DNA from: Perkinsus chesapeaki ATCC PRA-425
Taxonomy: Eukaryota > Protista > Perkinsozoa
DNA: 64,000 bases
Assembly: GCA_013115145.1 (NCBI GenBank)
Contig: JAAPAO010000076.1
Coordinates: forward strand, 25,324-89,323
Direction: 5' to 3'
Part shown: piece after piece, positions 1 to 12,400 of the stretch
Position numbering within the stretch: the stretch's first letter is position 1
Layout of the letters: the number at the start of each line of letters is the position of its first letter
Translations under genes and position numbers: made by a program
The notes under the pieces: model-generated
Databases searched by the model: none
Told to the model about the DNA's origin: nothing
The model's input: only the letters and a program-made list of their open reading frames with translations

Positions 1-2400
1 CTTCGGCAATGTGTGGAATGCCCGGAGGACAATAAAGAACCTGCTGTACGTCTCTCTGGGGAATCCTAGAGTCCTTATAGTGTATAAGGAGCTCAGGTCC
101 TTTACTGTGACAACTGCGAAGATATGCTTTGCCAGCCATGCTTTGACCGGCTTCATTCCAAAGGACGGCGACAATATCATAAACGTCAGGCCTTGGCCAC
201 CGTCAGGCCACGAACCTTCTCTTAGGGACTTGGGTCGAGCTCGGCATCTGCGCAGAGTGCGAAACGTCGTTGGCTCAGCTCCATTGCGTTCAATGCCAAG
301 ACGCTCTCTGTTACGCGTGTTTCGAGCAGGTAGGCTCACGGGATACCTCATAACCCCGATTATCATCACTCTTCGGGATTCTATAGAACTGATTCGTTCG
401 GTTCTCGATGCTTTGCAGAATTGCGGCCTCTGTCTCAGGTCCACGTTAGAGGCGGCCGGCGAAATCATGTTCCGATAGGTAACCCACATCTCGGGTCACG
501 ATCCATTCTGCGGGTTGCTCCATGACGCGCTGTAAGCACGATTGTCTTTAGTCCTTCGTTCCTTTTCACCAAGCGTTCACAAAGTTCCGGCCTCTTCAAC
601 ATTTGCGTTCGGTGCCATTTCGCCCGCTGCTGTCACTATTGGTGCGAACGCGGCCAGCAACCTAGCAATCTCAATGAGCCCTTGGCTGGTCTTCGAGGAC
701 GAGTGTGAGATCAACGTGTAAGCTCATTTGTCCTCAACTCCAAATGTGCCTTTGGAAGATACTATAATCTCCTCACCGGCGAGTGTCAGCGTGATTTGCC
801 TTTGGCTCCAATAAATACGTCGATCGAATCTGGAATAGGTGGAGGCTTCTCTTACGGTTGGGCCGAGAGCCTCACGTGCACATGATGAATGTTGTTGCAT
901 TCGGTCGCCTTTCTTAAGTGAATTCAATCTCACCACCATTTGAAGCAACAAAGACTTCACAAAAACCTTCCCTGCGAGTTGTTACCGTATGGCGGTGGAT
1001 CTTCTTGAATCCGGGCCTCATATCATAGTCACGTCACCCAACGGCCTTAGGCAATCTTTGGAGCAAGCAATGGGGCCAGCCATGCAGAGCTCGGTATACA
1101 CACCGTGAAGTTAGTAACTCATGCAAGCTGCTCAGTTGGCGGCCCACAACGCATTTGCAACCTCTCGCTACGTTGATCATATGCTTCGAGCAATGACCAG
1201 TTTGTTACCAGCTGAGATTGGCGGCCACCGCATCAAGTAGGAATGCGCGGGCACGTCACTTGATGATTCAACCAGAGTGTTATTTACCCAGTCTGTGTCC
1301 CCCGGCGATGATACAAAAGTGTTCCTAAAGCGCAAATGCAATGGGAACCCTTCTAGAAAAAAATGTTTCTTTGGGAGCATATAATGTTCTTCTGTGATTT
1401 CCTGAACTCAGTTATAACAGTCTGTTATCTCATAGCACACCTGTTCCGCCGAGCTCGGTCCCGGTCGACACTGATGGCAGCGCGCATGAGTAACTTGCTC
1501 GTCCAGCAGAACCACATGGTTGTGGTTCGCCGTAGATACGTCGCCTACAAGCCATCGAGCTCGGTGGACGTGAGCAGTTTGCCACGCTTGGCCACAAAAT
1601 TGTCGCCGTATCAAGAACCGATGACACTGAACTGGTCGCCTTATGAAGAGCAACACCCCGACAAGTTACCACATGACCGTACTGTCCGCACCACTTATCC
1701 CGTCGATCTAGCGACTCTCAGATGCGGATTCATTCGATGCCTACCACTCCCACATAGACTTCGGCAAAGCGAATCGCATTCGACGAGAGATTATGCGGCG
1801 GCGATATTTTCCGTTTGATAGAATTCCGAAGGCTGCTCTTGGTTCCTGTGCTGCTGAGATGACGCTACTGTTCCAGCAGGGATTGGAACGAAATGGCAAG
1901 AGAAACAGCTTAGAGAACTTCATGTTTGCTAGCGGGTCTCTGTGAGGCTCTTTGTTGAGTCACTCGTTGCGGATAGCTTGAAGGGAGAAATCTTAACTTG
2001 ATGGGCTTCGTTTCCCCGTTCAGAAACATACCGTGTATTTATGTCATCTACGTTAGAAGATGAAGTAGATAAAGTCCTTGCCGATGCTGCACTTTTTGAA
2101 ACCCTCACGCACAGTGCATTCGAAAAGTGCACTAAAGCCTTCACTCAAGGAGGTTCGGATGAAGTGGAAACATCCAATGCTTATAATAATCGGGTCAATT
2201 TCCCTCAAGTAAGGGGAGCCTTGCATCAGACCGCAGTCTACTCCTAGCACTTCACAACGAACTTGAAACCAGCAGGTATCCAAGATAATCGAGAACCTGC
2301 TTATTGCCTCTGGGGAGAGAGAGGTCCACTTCAATCACGTGTAAGTTTATTTGATAACCGGACCGCAAACAATTGGCGATGACGATATCTTGTGGAGAGG
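1..2400 (-). CDS. Probable intron-rich hypothetical gene (boundaries unresolved, may run off the window start)
   Basis: Minus-strand open segments bounded by GT/AG (e.g. EAAILQSIENRTNQFYRIPKSDDNRGYE near 340-425; ORFs 724-960, 1177-1380). No family recognised. Confidence 0.25.
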
Positions 2401-2911
2401 GATCCCCTCCGAGGACGCAAAGCACGATTTCGACCGCTGTGGTGTCGCGCTAGTGGTGAAGTAGGTCTGGTGTATAAGGCGCTTCGGAAAAAATAGTATG
2501 TCAAATGAACGTGAAAAATAAAAGAATTAATGTAATAGTATTTGTAGTACTCAATCTACTGATGTAGATGAGTAGAGCTACTTGTCAATCAGCACTTGAC
2601 GACTGAGGCTACTTGGGGAACTTCACCAGGCACGATATCTGGCGGCGCTACTGCGACCCTGTGACCAGCGATATGGACGAGCAGCGCTTCTCGACATTCG
2701 CGAGCAAAATGCTGAGCGCACTCCAAGCCAAAGCGAGACGTGCGAAAGTACGATCTCGAGAGAGCTGTGAACGTCGAATCGTCAAAATGTCCGACTTATA
2801 ACCCGTATGGTTCTGATGTCTGAATAGACCGTGCTTTTCCGATTAGAAGAAGAAGTCCCGTCGATGCGCATTTCAGTTCCCTCTCAAACGTGACACAGAT
2901 GAGAAGACCGA

Positions 2912-4302
2912 ATGCATCTCGGGGACGGCTTCTACTACATCAGTAGAAGTACAAGGGGTTCTGCCGAGCCCCCGGCTCAATCCGTCAACACTGGAGTGAG
3001 TCCGGCCACCGGTGTAGTTGACACATTGAGGGTGGCACTGATCTCAGGCCTCATGTGATCTTCCCGCAATTCCAGCATGACAAGCTCGCGGAATACTTTA
3101 CACAGAACTTTGATGCACGATGGCCGTCTACACCAGAGCTGGCCGATTTTGCGGAACCCCTTCCACTGGCTACCTTTCATGACAGTCTTGACTCGGCGCT
3201 CGCTGGAGCCTATAGTCTCGCACGTCATATCGAATCTAATAAAAGGTCGCTCACCATACAAGATATCCCCGGCCTCACGAATTCATCCGATGGGCGGAGC
3301 GAAACAGACCCAACGAAGTTGGAGTTGATATCCGACGATGTATCCCTTGCCCTGCCGTGTGCCTATTCCGGTCCATCGGTTGCCAACGCGCTTGCAATCG
3401 TCAAGACACTGCCCGATTTCCCTCGATTTCTTTTCCCGCCTGAAGGTTGGGATTCTAACCTGCGGCGACTGGGCATACATGTTATCCATCTCGCTGGGAA
3501 ATACGCGGTGTTACCAGGGATAAGCATGCCTCTTGTGGCTGAAGCCACACACCGTACGCCCTCTGGTGCGGGTTTTTACCTCTGGACGGTCCTATGCGAA
3601 CAGGCTCTATTGGCCCTGGTAGGGGAAGACCAACTCCGCCGAAGTTTAACGGAAGATGTCTTGCGAGATATTTCAGATGTCTATTGGGTTGACAGAGTCA
3701 AACTTAATACCGAACTCTGGCGCGATTCGGTGAGAGAACATCTAACCTTGGGAGACTCAAAGATGTTCGCGTGGCCAGCCTCATCGGCAAAACCGCCCAC
3801 AGCCGATAATTCTGATGGAGACCGGCTGACTGTGGTATCCGGCATCGATGGGGAGAAAGTGACGGTCACTTGCTCGATTAGAGGCGAGGACTGTGAAGAT
3901 ATCGACCTGGATTCCTTCTGTAACAGTTTCGATTCGATAACCACAGTTTTCACGATACCACCGCGGGCTCGCCGCTGGACATTTCGAGGCCAATTTACGT
4001 GTGATACAACCGGAGGGACTCCCATACCGATACGTCAACCGGTACCAGGTAGCACTAACAGAGAGTTTACAGTGTCATCGGACCAAACGGCAGGCACGCC
4101 TGAGTCATGGGGAAGGAATCCAATGTTCCTCGTTGAGATGCCGTCGGGTCCTAGCGACTCCATGGACATAATGGTGATGTTTTCACAGCACCCTCGAAAA
4201 GCAGGCGAACTTGAGGAGGTCAGTGAAGACGGAGATGCGGGGCACTGGGGCCGAATTCTAGGGCTGTCAAGACGTACTGTAGTTCGTAACGCTAGACATT
4301 AG
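2912..4302 (+). CDS. Hypothetical protein with one unusually large exon (~3048-4290); further small exons may extend to ~5.2 kb
   Basis: 415-aa open frame 3055-4302. An upstream exon (MHLGDGFYYISRS...) joins in phase via GTGAGT...CTCAG. No recognisable domain. Confidence 0.5.
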
Positions 4303-5507
4303 ACACACACATACGTCCAGCGAAAGATGTGAGCTCAGGGCTTGAAGCAAAGCTACTTCTCTGCAGTTGAAGCACATTGACCTCGTGACGCGCTTGGTAT
4401 GTTGATGCGTATTACGAACGCCACATTAAAAATTGCGAAACAGGCTATCCTCGAAATAGCGGGGGGCATCATCGGATATTGTGAGTGCATCTACGGCTGC
4501 ATGGAAAAGCATCATAGACTGGACTAGGGCGGATGATGATGCTTTTAAAATTCTAATACTCGGTTGCACTCACGTTTTCAAGTATCGGTGAGTACTAATT
4601 TGTCAATCTCTTTGCCATACAGTCTGATGCTCAGTTGTTCGTCTGCCTGATGGAGCTCGACTATGGAGACCAACATCTGGATAAGTTTGAGAGGAGTAGA
4701 ATATATCGAAAAGGAGGAGTGTCGCTTATCAGAAGGAATCGTCATGTGACATTCCACGCCGTTGGCGTGCCCTGCCCTGGATACTACGCAGTGGTAAGGG
4801 ATAGGCCCATATACGGGAATAACGGCTGCACTAGGGCTCTAGGTCACACATGACGTAGAATTATATAGCTGTTGCAATCCTGAATCCTGAATCCTTGTAA
4901 TCCATGTATAGAAACTCTATGGCTCAAGCTTTTTGAGACAACAATAAGTTGATCCAGATCCAGCAAACTTCATCTTTGATATTCATATGAAGCTATCCTC
5001 TTGATTTCTTACCGCAATACATTATATCTTTCCTCAGGCACGAGGACCATATAGTACTTATTCTGTTAAATTCCCCACTTGCTCAGCAGGATCGTTCGGT
5101 TTATGTGGACCCAGATTGGTTTAGGCACCGTCAACCTGGTCTACTAGCGCACGTCTCGTGTATGATATAACTATCATTTGCTGCCCTGAAGATGAATCTG
5201 CATGCAACACAGCCAATGCTAAGCCATTGTGTAATTTTGTCACTACCGACATGTGCTAGAAGTACTCCAAACGAAGCTGAGTATTGAGTTTGTTGTAAAA
5301 CTGGCCCTACGGCCGATAGCGCCGCCCATAACAACCGCGTCCCAGTTTTTTGTGCCAATATTCGACGAGAGCGTCTCGCATCGCCGTCAAAGCCGAGATA
5401 AGAGAAAAAGTACCACCAACTCATTTTACACAATACTTTCTCCAGAATCGAGTACGGGGTCGATCACTGACCTCCCGTGCGCATGCAATACGGGCGCCTC
5501 CAACTTT

Positions 5508-5830
5508 TACAGGGTGTTCCAATTTGTTATGCAAATCAGTAAAACAGCAGTTTCACCGCGAATACTCAGTGTTTCGGTTTGAAACTTTCGCAGATCATAT
5601 ATTAACAATATTATGACAGCATATAATGAAATCACGAAATCGATCGACCGTTTCACATGAAATGAGGCGAGCGAAATTTTTTTGGCCCAGCGCGCCGTTC
5701 CAATTCGTTATGCAATACAGTTGTAATCGTGTTAACATGACCCGTGGAACCTTCCTCACCGAATCGGAACGATCAACAATCATCAAGTGTCTAGCCAGCG
5801 GTGAAACAGCGCTGCAAGTCTCGAAATTGT
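5508..5830 (+). mobile_element. Truncated Tc1/Tc3-like DNA transposon, left end plus transposase N-terminus
   Basis: TA|CAGGGTGTTCCAATTTGTTATGCAA at 5508-5534, with an internal direct copy GTTCCAATTCGTTATGCAA at 5697-5715 (IR/DR layout). ATG 5737 starts MTRGTFLTESERSTIIKCLASGETALQVSKL, resembling the Tc3 HTH start (MPRGSALSDTERAQL...). No right TIR found. Confidence 0.7.
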
Positions 5831-5869
5831 CGCCTGTAAATACGGGGAATTGTCCCGTATTTACAGGCG
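5831..5869. repeat. Perfect 16-bp inverted repeat with 7-nt loop
   Basis: CGCCTGTAAATACGGG gaattgt CCCGTATTTACAGGCG. Confidence 0.95.
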
Positions 5870-6502
5870 TATTTTCTTGCCAAGGGAGAACCGATTTCGG
5901 AGAATCTTCAGCATCCATCACCAATACTATAGATAATAGGTATGGCCACAACCAACAGATAGTAAAAGTGACCACTCCAAACCGATCCTGGGTCTGAGGC
6001 TTATTAAGGGCGCAGAAAACCCTAACGTATGCGTGCAGGATGTCCCGTAAATGCCACATAAACCACCATGTGTAAGCCCTGGTGGCTGATCGTAGTTCCA
6101 AGGGGGTGGCTAGGAAAGATAGTCCCCCCGAAACCGATCACCATGCGCCGAGTGGTATTCAGTGGTATTGTATTACAATGTATCACAGTCCTCAAAGTCG
6201 TAGCGGCCACGAATCATTGAACGCCTTCATGGTGGCGCATGTTCGACACGTCGCCGCGCCACAAAAGCGCTAACCGTAGACAGCCTCCCAAATTGATAAC
6301 AGTATCACGCTCTTATGCACTATGCCACACACTATAGGATAGTTATACTCTGAACTTTGAGATGGGGCCTTGAGTCCTTCAAAGAAGGCAGTGATGGACG
6401 CATGCGCTTCATGAAAAAGGTCTTTGTTACTCGATAATTTCCGTCTCATTCTTCACCGTCTTTGCTTTGTGACAGCTTATTCGATATTGATCTTCGAATT
6501 CT

Positions 6503-8613
6503 ATGATACCCAGCCGTGTCATCGTGCTGATACTAGGAAAAGATTTGTTAGCAGGTGACCTTAAAAGTGGCCGATGCACTAATTACATCACTTTCCAAAC
6601 CAAGGGAATGTCTAACGCAGATTCGACGAACGATAGGCTAGGTGGAGTCCTTTGTAAAGCCTCACGCGGCGAGCAGGCATTTGGTTACTCCGTCCTTTCG
6701 CCTACTAATAAGTAATATCATAGTCGAAAATTCAGTATTTCATACTGTCGCCTCTCCGTCGTGCAGGTACTTTCATGCCACTATAAATGCTGATCAGCCC
6801 TCGCGAAGAACTCCAACATTCATGTACCTTCCTGGAGGGCCTGGCGTTAGTGCTCTTGCCGCAACCCTAACACTGAATGGCCCTTGTATTGTGAAGGATG
6901 ACGACGTCACTCTTTCACCTAACGCGTATGGGACGAGAATAGGGCAAATATGATTTGAGTGTTATCAGGTACTCTTGGACTTCTACCGCCAACGGTATTT
7001 ACATCGATGCACCGGGAAAGACGGGATTCAGTATCGGGCCAACAGAAACCACTATGGCCCAATACGTCGATAACTTGTATCATTCATTACTCACTTTGAG
7101 GGGGCCCTAGTAATTGAATCTCATACCCTCAGGTATGCCACCCTACTCAACATAATGAAGGCTAAGCCGCAGCTCAAAGATAATCTATATTTGGTCGGCG
7201 CATCCTTCGATGGTAAGAGCCGCAACCCTCAATGACACACGATGCGCCTCTCGCCCGTGAACACATATATTGATCTCAGCACCTGAATCGTTGTAGGTTC
7301 GACTGCGACTTTGCTTGCTAAGAAGATTATGTCTCTTAAGGCCCAGTCTGGTATTAATCTGAGCTCACTACTGATAATTGACGGATCTATGGGGCTTGTG
7401 GATATGCAACTAAGATGTATTTCTTGGCATTCCAAACCTCTGTCTTCCTCAGGTATAGAGGTGCCGTTGAGATGGCAAGAGCCCGGAAGCTTCTTCCGGG
7501 TAAAGCGTAAGTAGATTGGATGTGTTATAGGCACGGTTTATTTAATAGATTTTGTTACACGCTTTTGGAGGAAAATCATATAGTGTTTAATTCAGAATTG
7601 CCAAAATGGTCACCGATGGCTATACGTGCGTTGAAAAGGTTAAAGCTTGTCAGCCTGCATCTCTCGCGCGGCAGCCTGATCCACGTAAGTCAGATTGGGC
7701 GCATCTTCGATGGCGCGTTAACCTTGTGCTTTCAGGGGCTTGTCAAGATGCAACGACTTTCTGTGCCGATGCGATCTTGAACCCACTGAAAGCCGCTCGA
7801 ATCAGCCTGTGAGCTCTGACTGTCAGCCAGTGACTGACTTTATTCTCGTGCCCGTATGATAACTAAGACATATATTGACGTTAATTGACTAGAAAACCAA
7901 CGAACTGATGTTGCTCACTTCGAGATCAGTCGATCCGAGCAGGTTTGGTCGCCAATGTCAGATACGATGTACGTACGAACCCGGGATATGAGTGGAAGAA
8001 CTATAAACTGTTAACTGGCATAGTAAAACCTCAATAATCGTCCCATGGAAGAGACTATTAACCTTTCTAGGCAGAGGTGTTTATGAACGAGAGAGACGTT
8101 CAAGCTGCAATGGGTGTACATAAGCAGTGGTTCAACACTGATAGTCAAGTAAGTAGCTGGGAGTCAGCCCGAAGGTGTGTGACATAATCGAACATGGAAC
8201 CGCAAAGCCTAATGGCCTGTGCATGATTAGGTATATAAAGACCTCGATAAGTATGTTGCTTTCGATACGACTAATGTTGTGTCGGAGCTTCTGGACAACG
8301 GCTTTCAAGTAGCAGCGGACTCTCTCATTTTACTATGAGAACTATGTCTTAGTATACGTCATCAGGTTATAGTCTTCAATGGAGGCCAAGACTTCATATG
8401 TAATTCTCGTGGCGCTTTGTATAGGATGACCAACCTTAAGGGAAGAGTTGATTACGGCAAAGCATTAGCTAAGGCACCGGCAAAAACACTAAAAGTACCA
8501 CTAGTGCGTGTGGAGCTGTTGTAATTTAGTTCTTCATCAGTTTAAGAGAGGAGCTCCGCTAGGGACAATAAAGCAGGCATATTTCCCGACACGCGGATCG
8601 TTGGCCTTTATTG
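6503..8613 (+). CDS. Serine carboxypeptidase, peptidase family S10 (multi-exon; final exon not located)
   Basis: Exon motifs in S10 order: LCKASRGEQAFGY|YFHATI, MYLPGGPGVSA, NGPC, YSWTSTANGIYIDAPGKTGFS, LYLVGASFDG (nucleophile Ser), INLSSLLIIDG, ELLDNGFQV|IVFNGGQDFICN (catalytic Asp), GSLAFIEV. Confidence 0.85.
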
Positions 8614-9400
8614 AGGTGCCTCCGGGATCGGACTTGCCGAAGTGACTTGGCCAGAACTTCTGATCAAATGGCCCATGTTCGGGTGCTCAACAGTAGTGGG
8701 CGTTGGGACATGCTAGTCAGGAGCAGAAGCACTCATGCGATGGTGCTCCGTTCCTTCCCAGAACCAACGCCCACTAGTCTGTGGCGAGCGATGGCTAGCC
8801 ATGGCGCTTTAACTAGCTCACGCGAGCCAAATCACTTCGTAAATCCAATCAGGACTCAGGAGTGCATTATATTATGGAACCTAGCACGTTGCCTAGCCAT
8901 CTTTATCGGCATGTTGGCGTTCTTTCCGCGGGCTCATGCCTTAGGTCACAAACGGAAGCCATACCCCAATGCTAAACAGACCACTTGAAATGCTTGAGGC
9001 GATCCAGAAGTTTATTCAGTAAGTTACACTCATTGTATTTGTCAGCGGCAATTGGCCGAACTAAACCCTCTTGTTGACATTCGGTAATCCGAGTTTTCAA
9101 TCTCGTTTACCAACTTCCACTTGTGTTGAGTAACGCGAATCTCTCAAGGGCAAATCGATGAGTAGACCGAAGCCCCTAGCTCTGACATAAGTAGTGACTA
9201 GTAATGCAAGTAAGGACATGACTAGTAAGAAATATCTCAACTTTGGGTGGTTTGACATGACCTTCCTACAGTAGAGAGGCATGGCAAGTTGTCAATGACA
9301 ACAGTAGTTACATGCTAAGAATGTTGGTTCGTTGATCACGAGAATAACTCAAGGATACGTATGGATAGAAGAGCTCTCATAGACATGTGTTCATAGTCTC

Positions 9401-12400
9401 TTATAGCCTTAGTAAACTGCGAGCTTTATCTAAGACATCTTTTCGAATCTTCGGGTAGTTCTCGTCCAAAGTTAAGACCTATGGAGACTCAGTGAACGAC
9501 ATGGGAACAGCTCGTACCTTATGGCAAATGCGGATTGCATCGACGTAGCGTTTCGCCTTGAGGAAATTGAAAGCCAGCCGATACCCAACCGCCGCGCGTC
9601 GTTCACAGAAGATTTCCCATGCTTTTTGATAGTGCCTAATGTGACATGTGACCAAGCCTATGGGAAGCTTCACATGGCTGCATCTTGATATGCTTGCTCT
9701 TTTTCATAAATTAGACCTAAAAGCTCCCATGCTCTCCCGCACGATTGGTTCTGATCCTTTGCTTGTAGGCACAGCTTGGTGGCCAAATCGTACCTAACCA
9801 TAGTTCACATTAACCGAGAGTGCTAACCCATGCCGGGATGGTGACACGAATGCTAGGGCTTTGTAAGGATTTCAAGCCCTACTTCCCGCTCGACACGTAG
9901 ATGTCTGCCAACAATAACCATGCTCTCTCGAAGTCATCTGCGAATTCCGGGTTATACCTGAAACCGATACTGGTGAGCGAGAGGAACAAAAGTATTTTTT
10001 CTCACGAGTTGGCAGCGAATTCACAAATGCGTTTGAGTTGATTGCGTGCTTTGGAGGTTTGCTTAGATAAAACCAGGCCTTGTGATACCGCCAGGAGTGC
10101 TGGTACATAGGTGCGGGTCTCGTTGAACCTTAAAAAGAGTGTGTGACAGATTCGGCGCTTAAAGGTCCTCACAAATTCATCAAATCGTTCATAGCGGCAT
10201 CGACTGCCGGTTTACTCCGTGTTAGAAGCTCCGCTTGACTTCTCAATACTCGAAGTTTTGGAGTCCATCCATGCCGCTCTTGTTCAGCAAGCTCATAACA
10301 AAGGTTCCTAGCTTCTGCGATGTGACCTGGTGGTGTGATGCTGGTAGGATTTAGTCCCTGTACGGAAGATGCGGAAACTTTTATCGCGCTGGTTACCTCA
10401 AGGCTGCATCCATCACTAACGTCAGGAAATAGATATATTTCAATCATTTGTAAGGTGGCATCATAACGATAATCAGCATCACTTCGGGCTGCGCTGAACT
10501 CCACGATGGCCTCCTGCGATGTAACACTCGTGGGTGCAAAGATGCGAGTATGCCACAACAGAGTTCCCCCCATGAGCCTTACTAAGTGCCTACCTCAGGT
10601 TGATTGAGCCAACGGTAGTGTAGCCCTCGACAGTATCTGGAAAGTGAACGACCAAAAGACAGTACGAAACAACGTGGCGATTACCAAGACACTGAGGGAG
10701 CACCAAGAAGAAGACCTACCTGAGTCCGGACGGAGCATACTTCCCTTCCGATAGGGATCCCCCAACCTTCTCGAGATATTTGTCACCGAGCTTCGCTAAT
10801 CTGGATGAGTATGCGGTGACAGCGGACCATCAGGATCACATACCTTCCTGTCTTCCTTAGAAGCGTCAGTAACTGGCCCAAAGCATGAAAATTGGAAGAA
10901 TCTTTCTCGATCAATTCTTTATAGTGCGCAATAACATCCTTGAACCTATTTTGGCTAGATAACAAATAACCACCCCTCCATAATATACCCATCAGATGAT
11001 TCACCGGAGATGTTGCCCTGTATGAAGCGGTTATCAGATGCACCTGCCGCAGCCCTTTGGGACTTCGATGCCATCACAGATGCTAGCAGCATATCTGACC
11101 TCAAAGTGACCGCCTAAGGTCCTGGCGAATACCACTTACCAGCATCTTCGTGTTCCTTATTAATCCTTAATAATGATCTGAGGTTCTTCTCTGATGTTTC
11201 GATATCCCCGCGGGTTAGATGCAAGCGCGCGAGAGCCATGAGTGCATCTTCTGTTGTAGAAGGGATCAGATTGATATCTAGATTACCCACAGTTTACCAT
11301 GGTCAGCATCGAACTCCAATGCAGCTGTATATTGCCCAATCGCTGCATCGTAATTATGTTCCCGTTTTCCGAGATACTCGCCTGAGCGGCTTATGTATGC
11401 ATGAAAGTTGAAGCACCGTACCAAGCTGGTAATGTACATCTGCCGTAAGATGTCTTAAGCCACTTAATGATGCATCTTCCTCATCTTTGGCGATCTTATT
11501 ATCATGAGCAAAACCAAGCAAGGAGAGGCCTTTCAATGCAGTCTCCCTAGCTTCTTGTAACGCATTGAGTGACCTAGGGAGAACACTCTCCTGGAAAACC
11601 AACGTCAAATAAGTTCTCCCCGATGATACTCGCTTTCACACTTCCACAAGGTTCAAAAACGTTGTGCAGTTCGGAAATTATTGCGCGCCAACAACTGGTG
11701 ACTCACGAGTGGTGAGCACAGTCAATTCGTGCACTCATTCTGCAACGTTCTGTAGCTCAGATAGTGACGTCCAAGCAACGCACACGACTCAGACTCATTC
11801 CTTACTCAGGTATCTTCTGCTGCGTCATAGACTCCCTTCCTAGGTGCTAAAAATGCCAAATGCGAAGTTGTACCCCATGCAAAATCTACCGTGGCGTCAT
11901 GGCTTTCTTGATGGGCTCTTGAGAGAAGCAGATAGCTCTTTATTCTGAATAGGAAACCCGAGTCACCTTAAAAGATCTAAGCGGTGTCAGTATTGTTAAT
12001 TTCTCTACCATTAATAGGAGCCTGGTATGCAATAATATGTACGTGGTGTACACTAGAAAACTAATATCATTAGTTTGGTACGTGCTACTTGTACTTGATA
12101 CATGATTATTAATTATTAGTGAGCTCTTATCATCAAGATTAGTCATTAAAAGTGCTATGTATGATTTACAGCTTATTTGCCCTTAGGGCATAGACTGACA
12201 ACACTGGGAACACAGGGACTACGGATTCTACCGGGGGGGAGCAGCCCATGAAACTAGCCAACGGGCTCACCTTTCGGCAACCTGATCTGGCACACCTGCA
12301 TCATGTGGATTGGCCGTATTCTTGTTAATCTCTTGAATGCAATCGTTGTAGCGTCGGAGGTCAAGATAGAGACTGGCAAGATCGAGCCTCAGATCCGAGC

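Noticed and set aside
4915-4929. Spliced-leader relic (TGGCTCAAG; also TAGCCATCTT near 8894 and 14463)
   Set aside because: Only 9-10 nt of the 21-22-nt leader match, within chance, and none lies upstream of the intronless genes.
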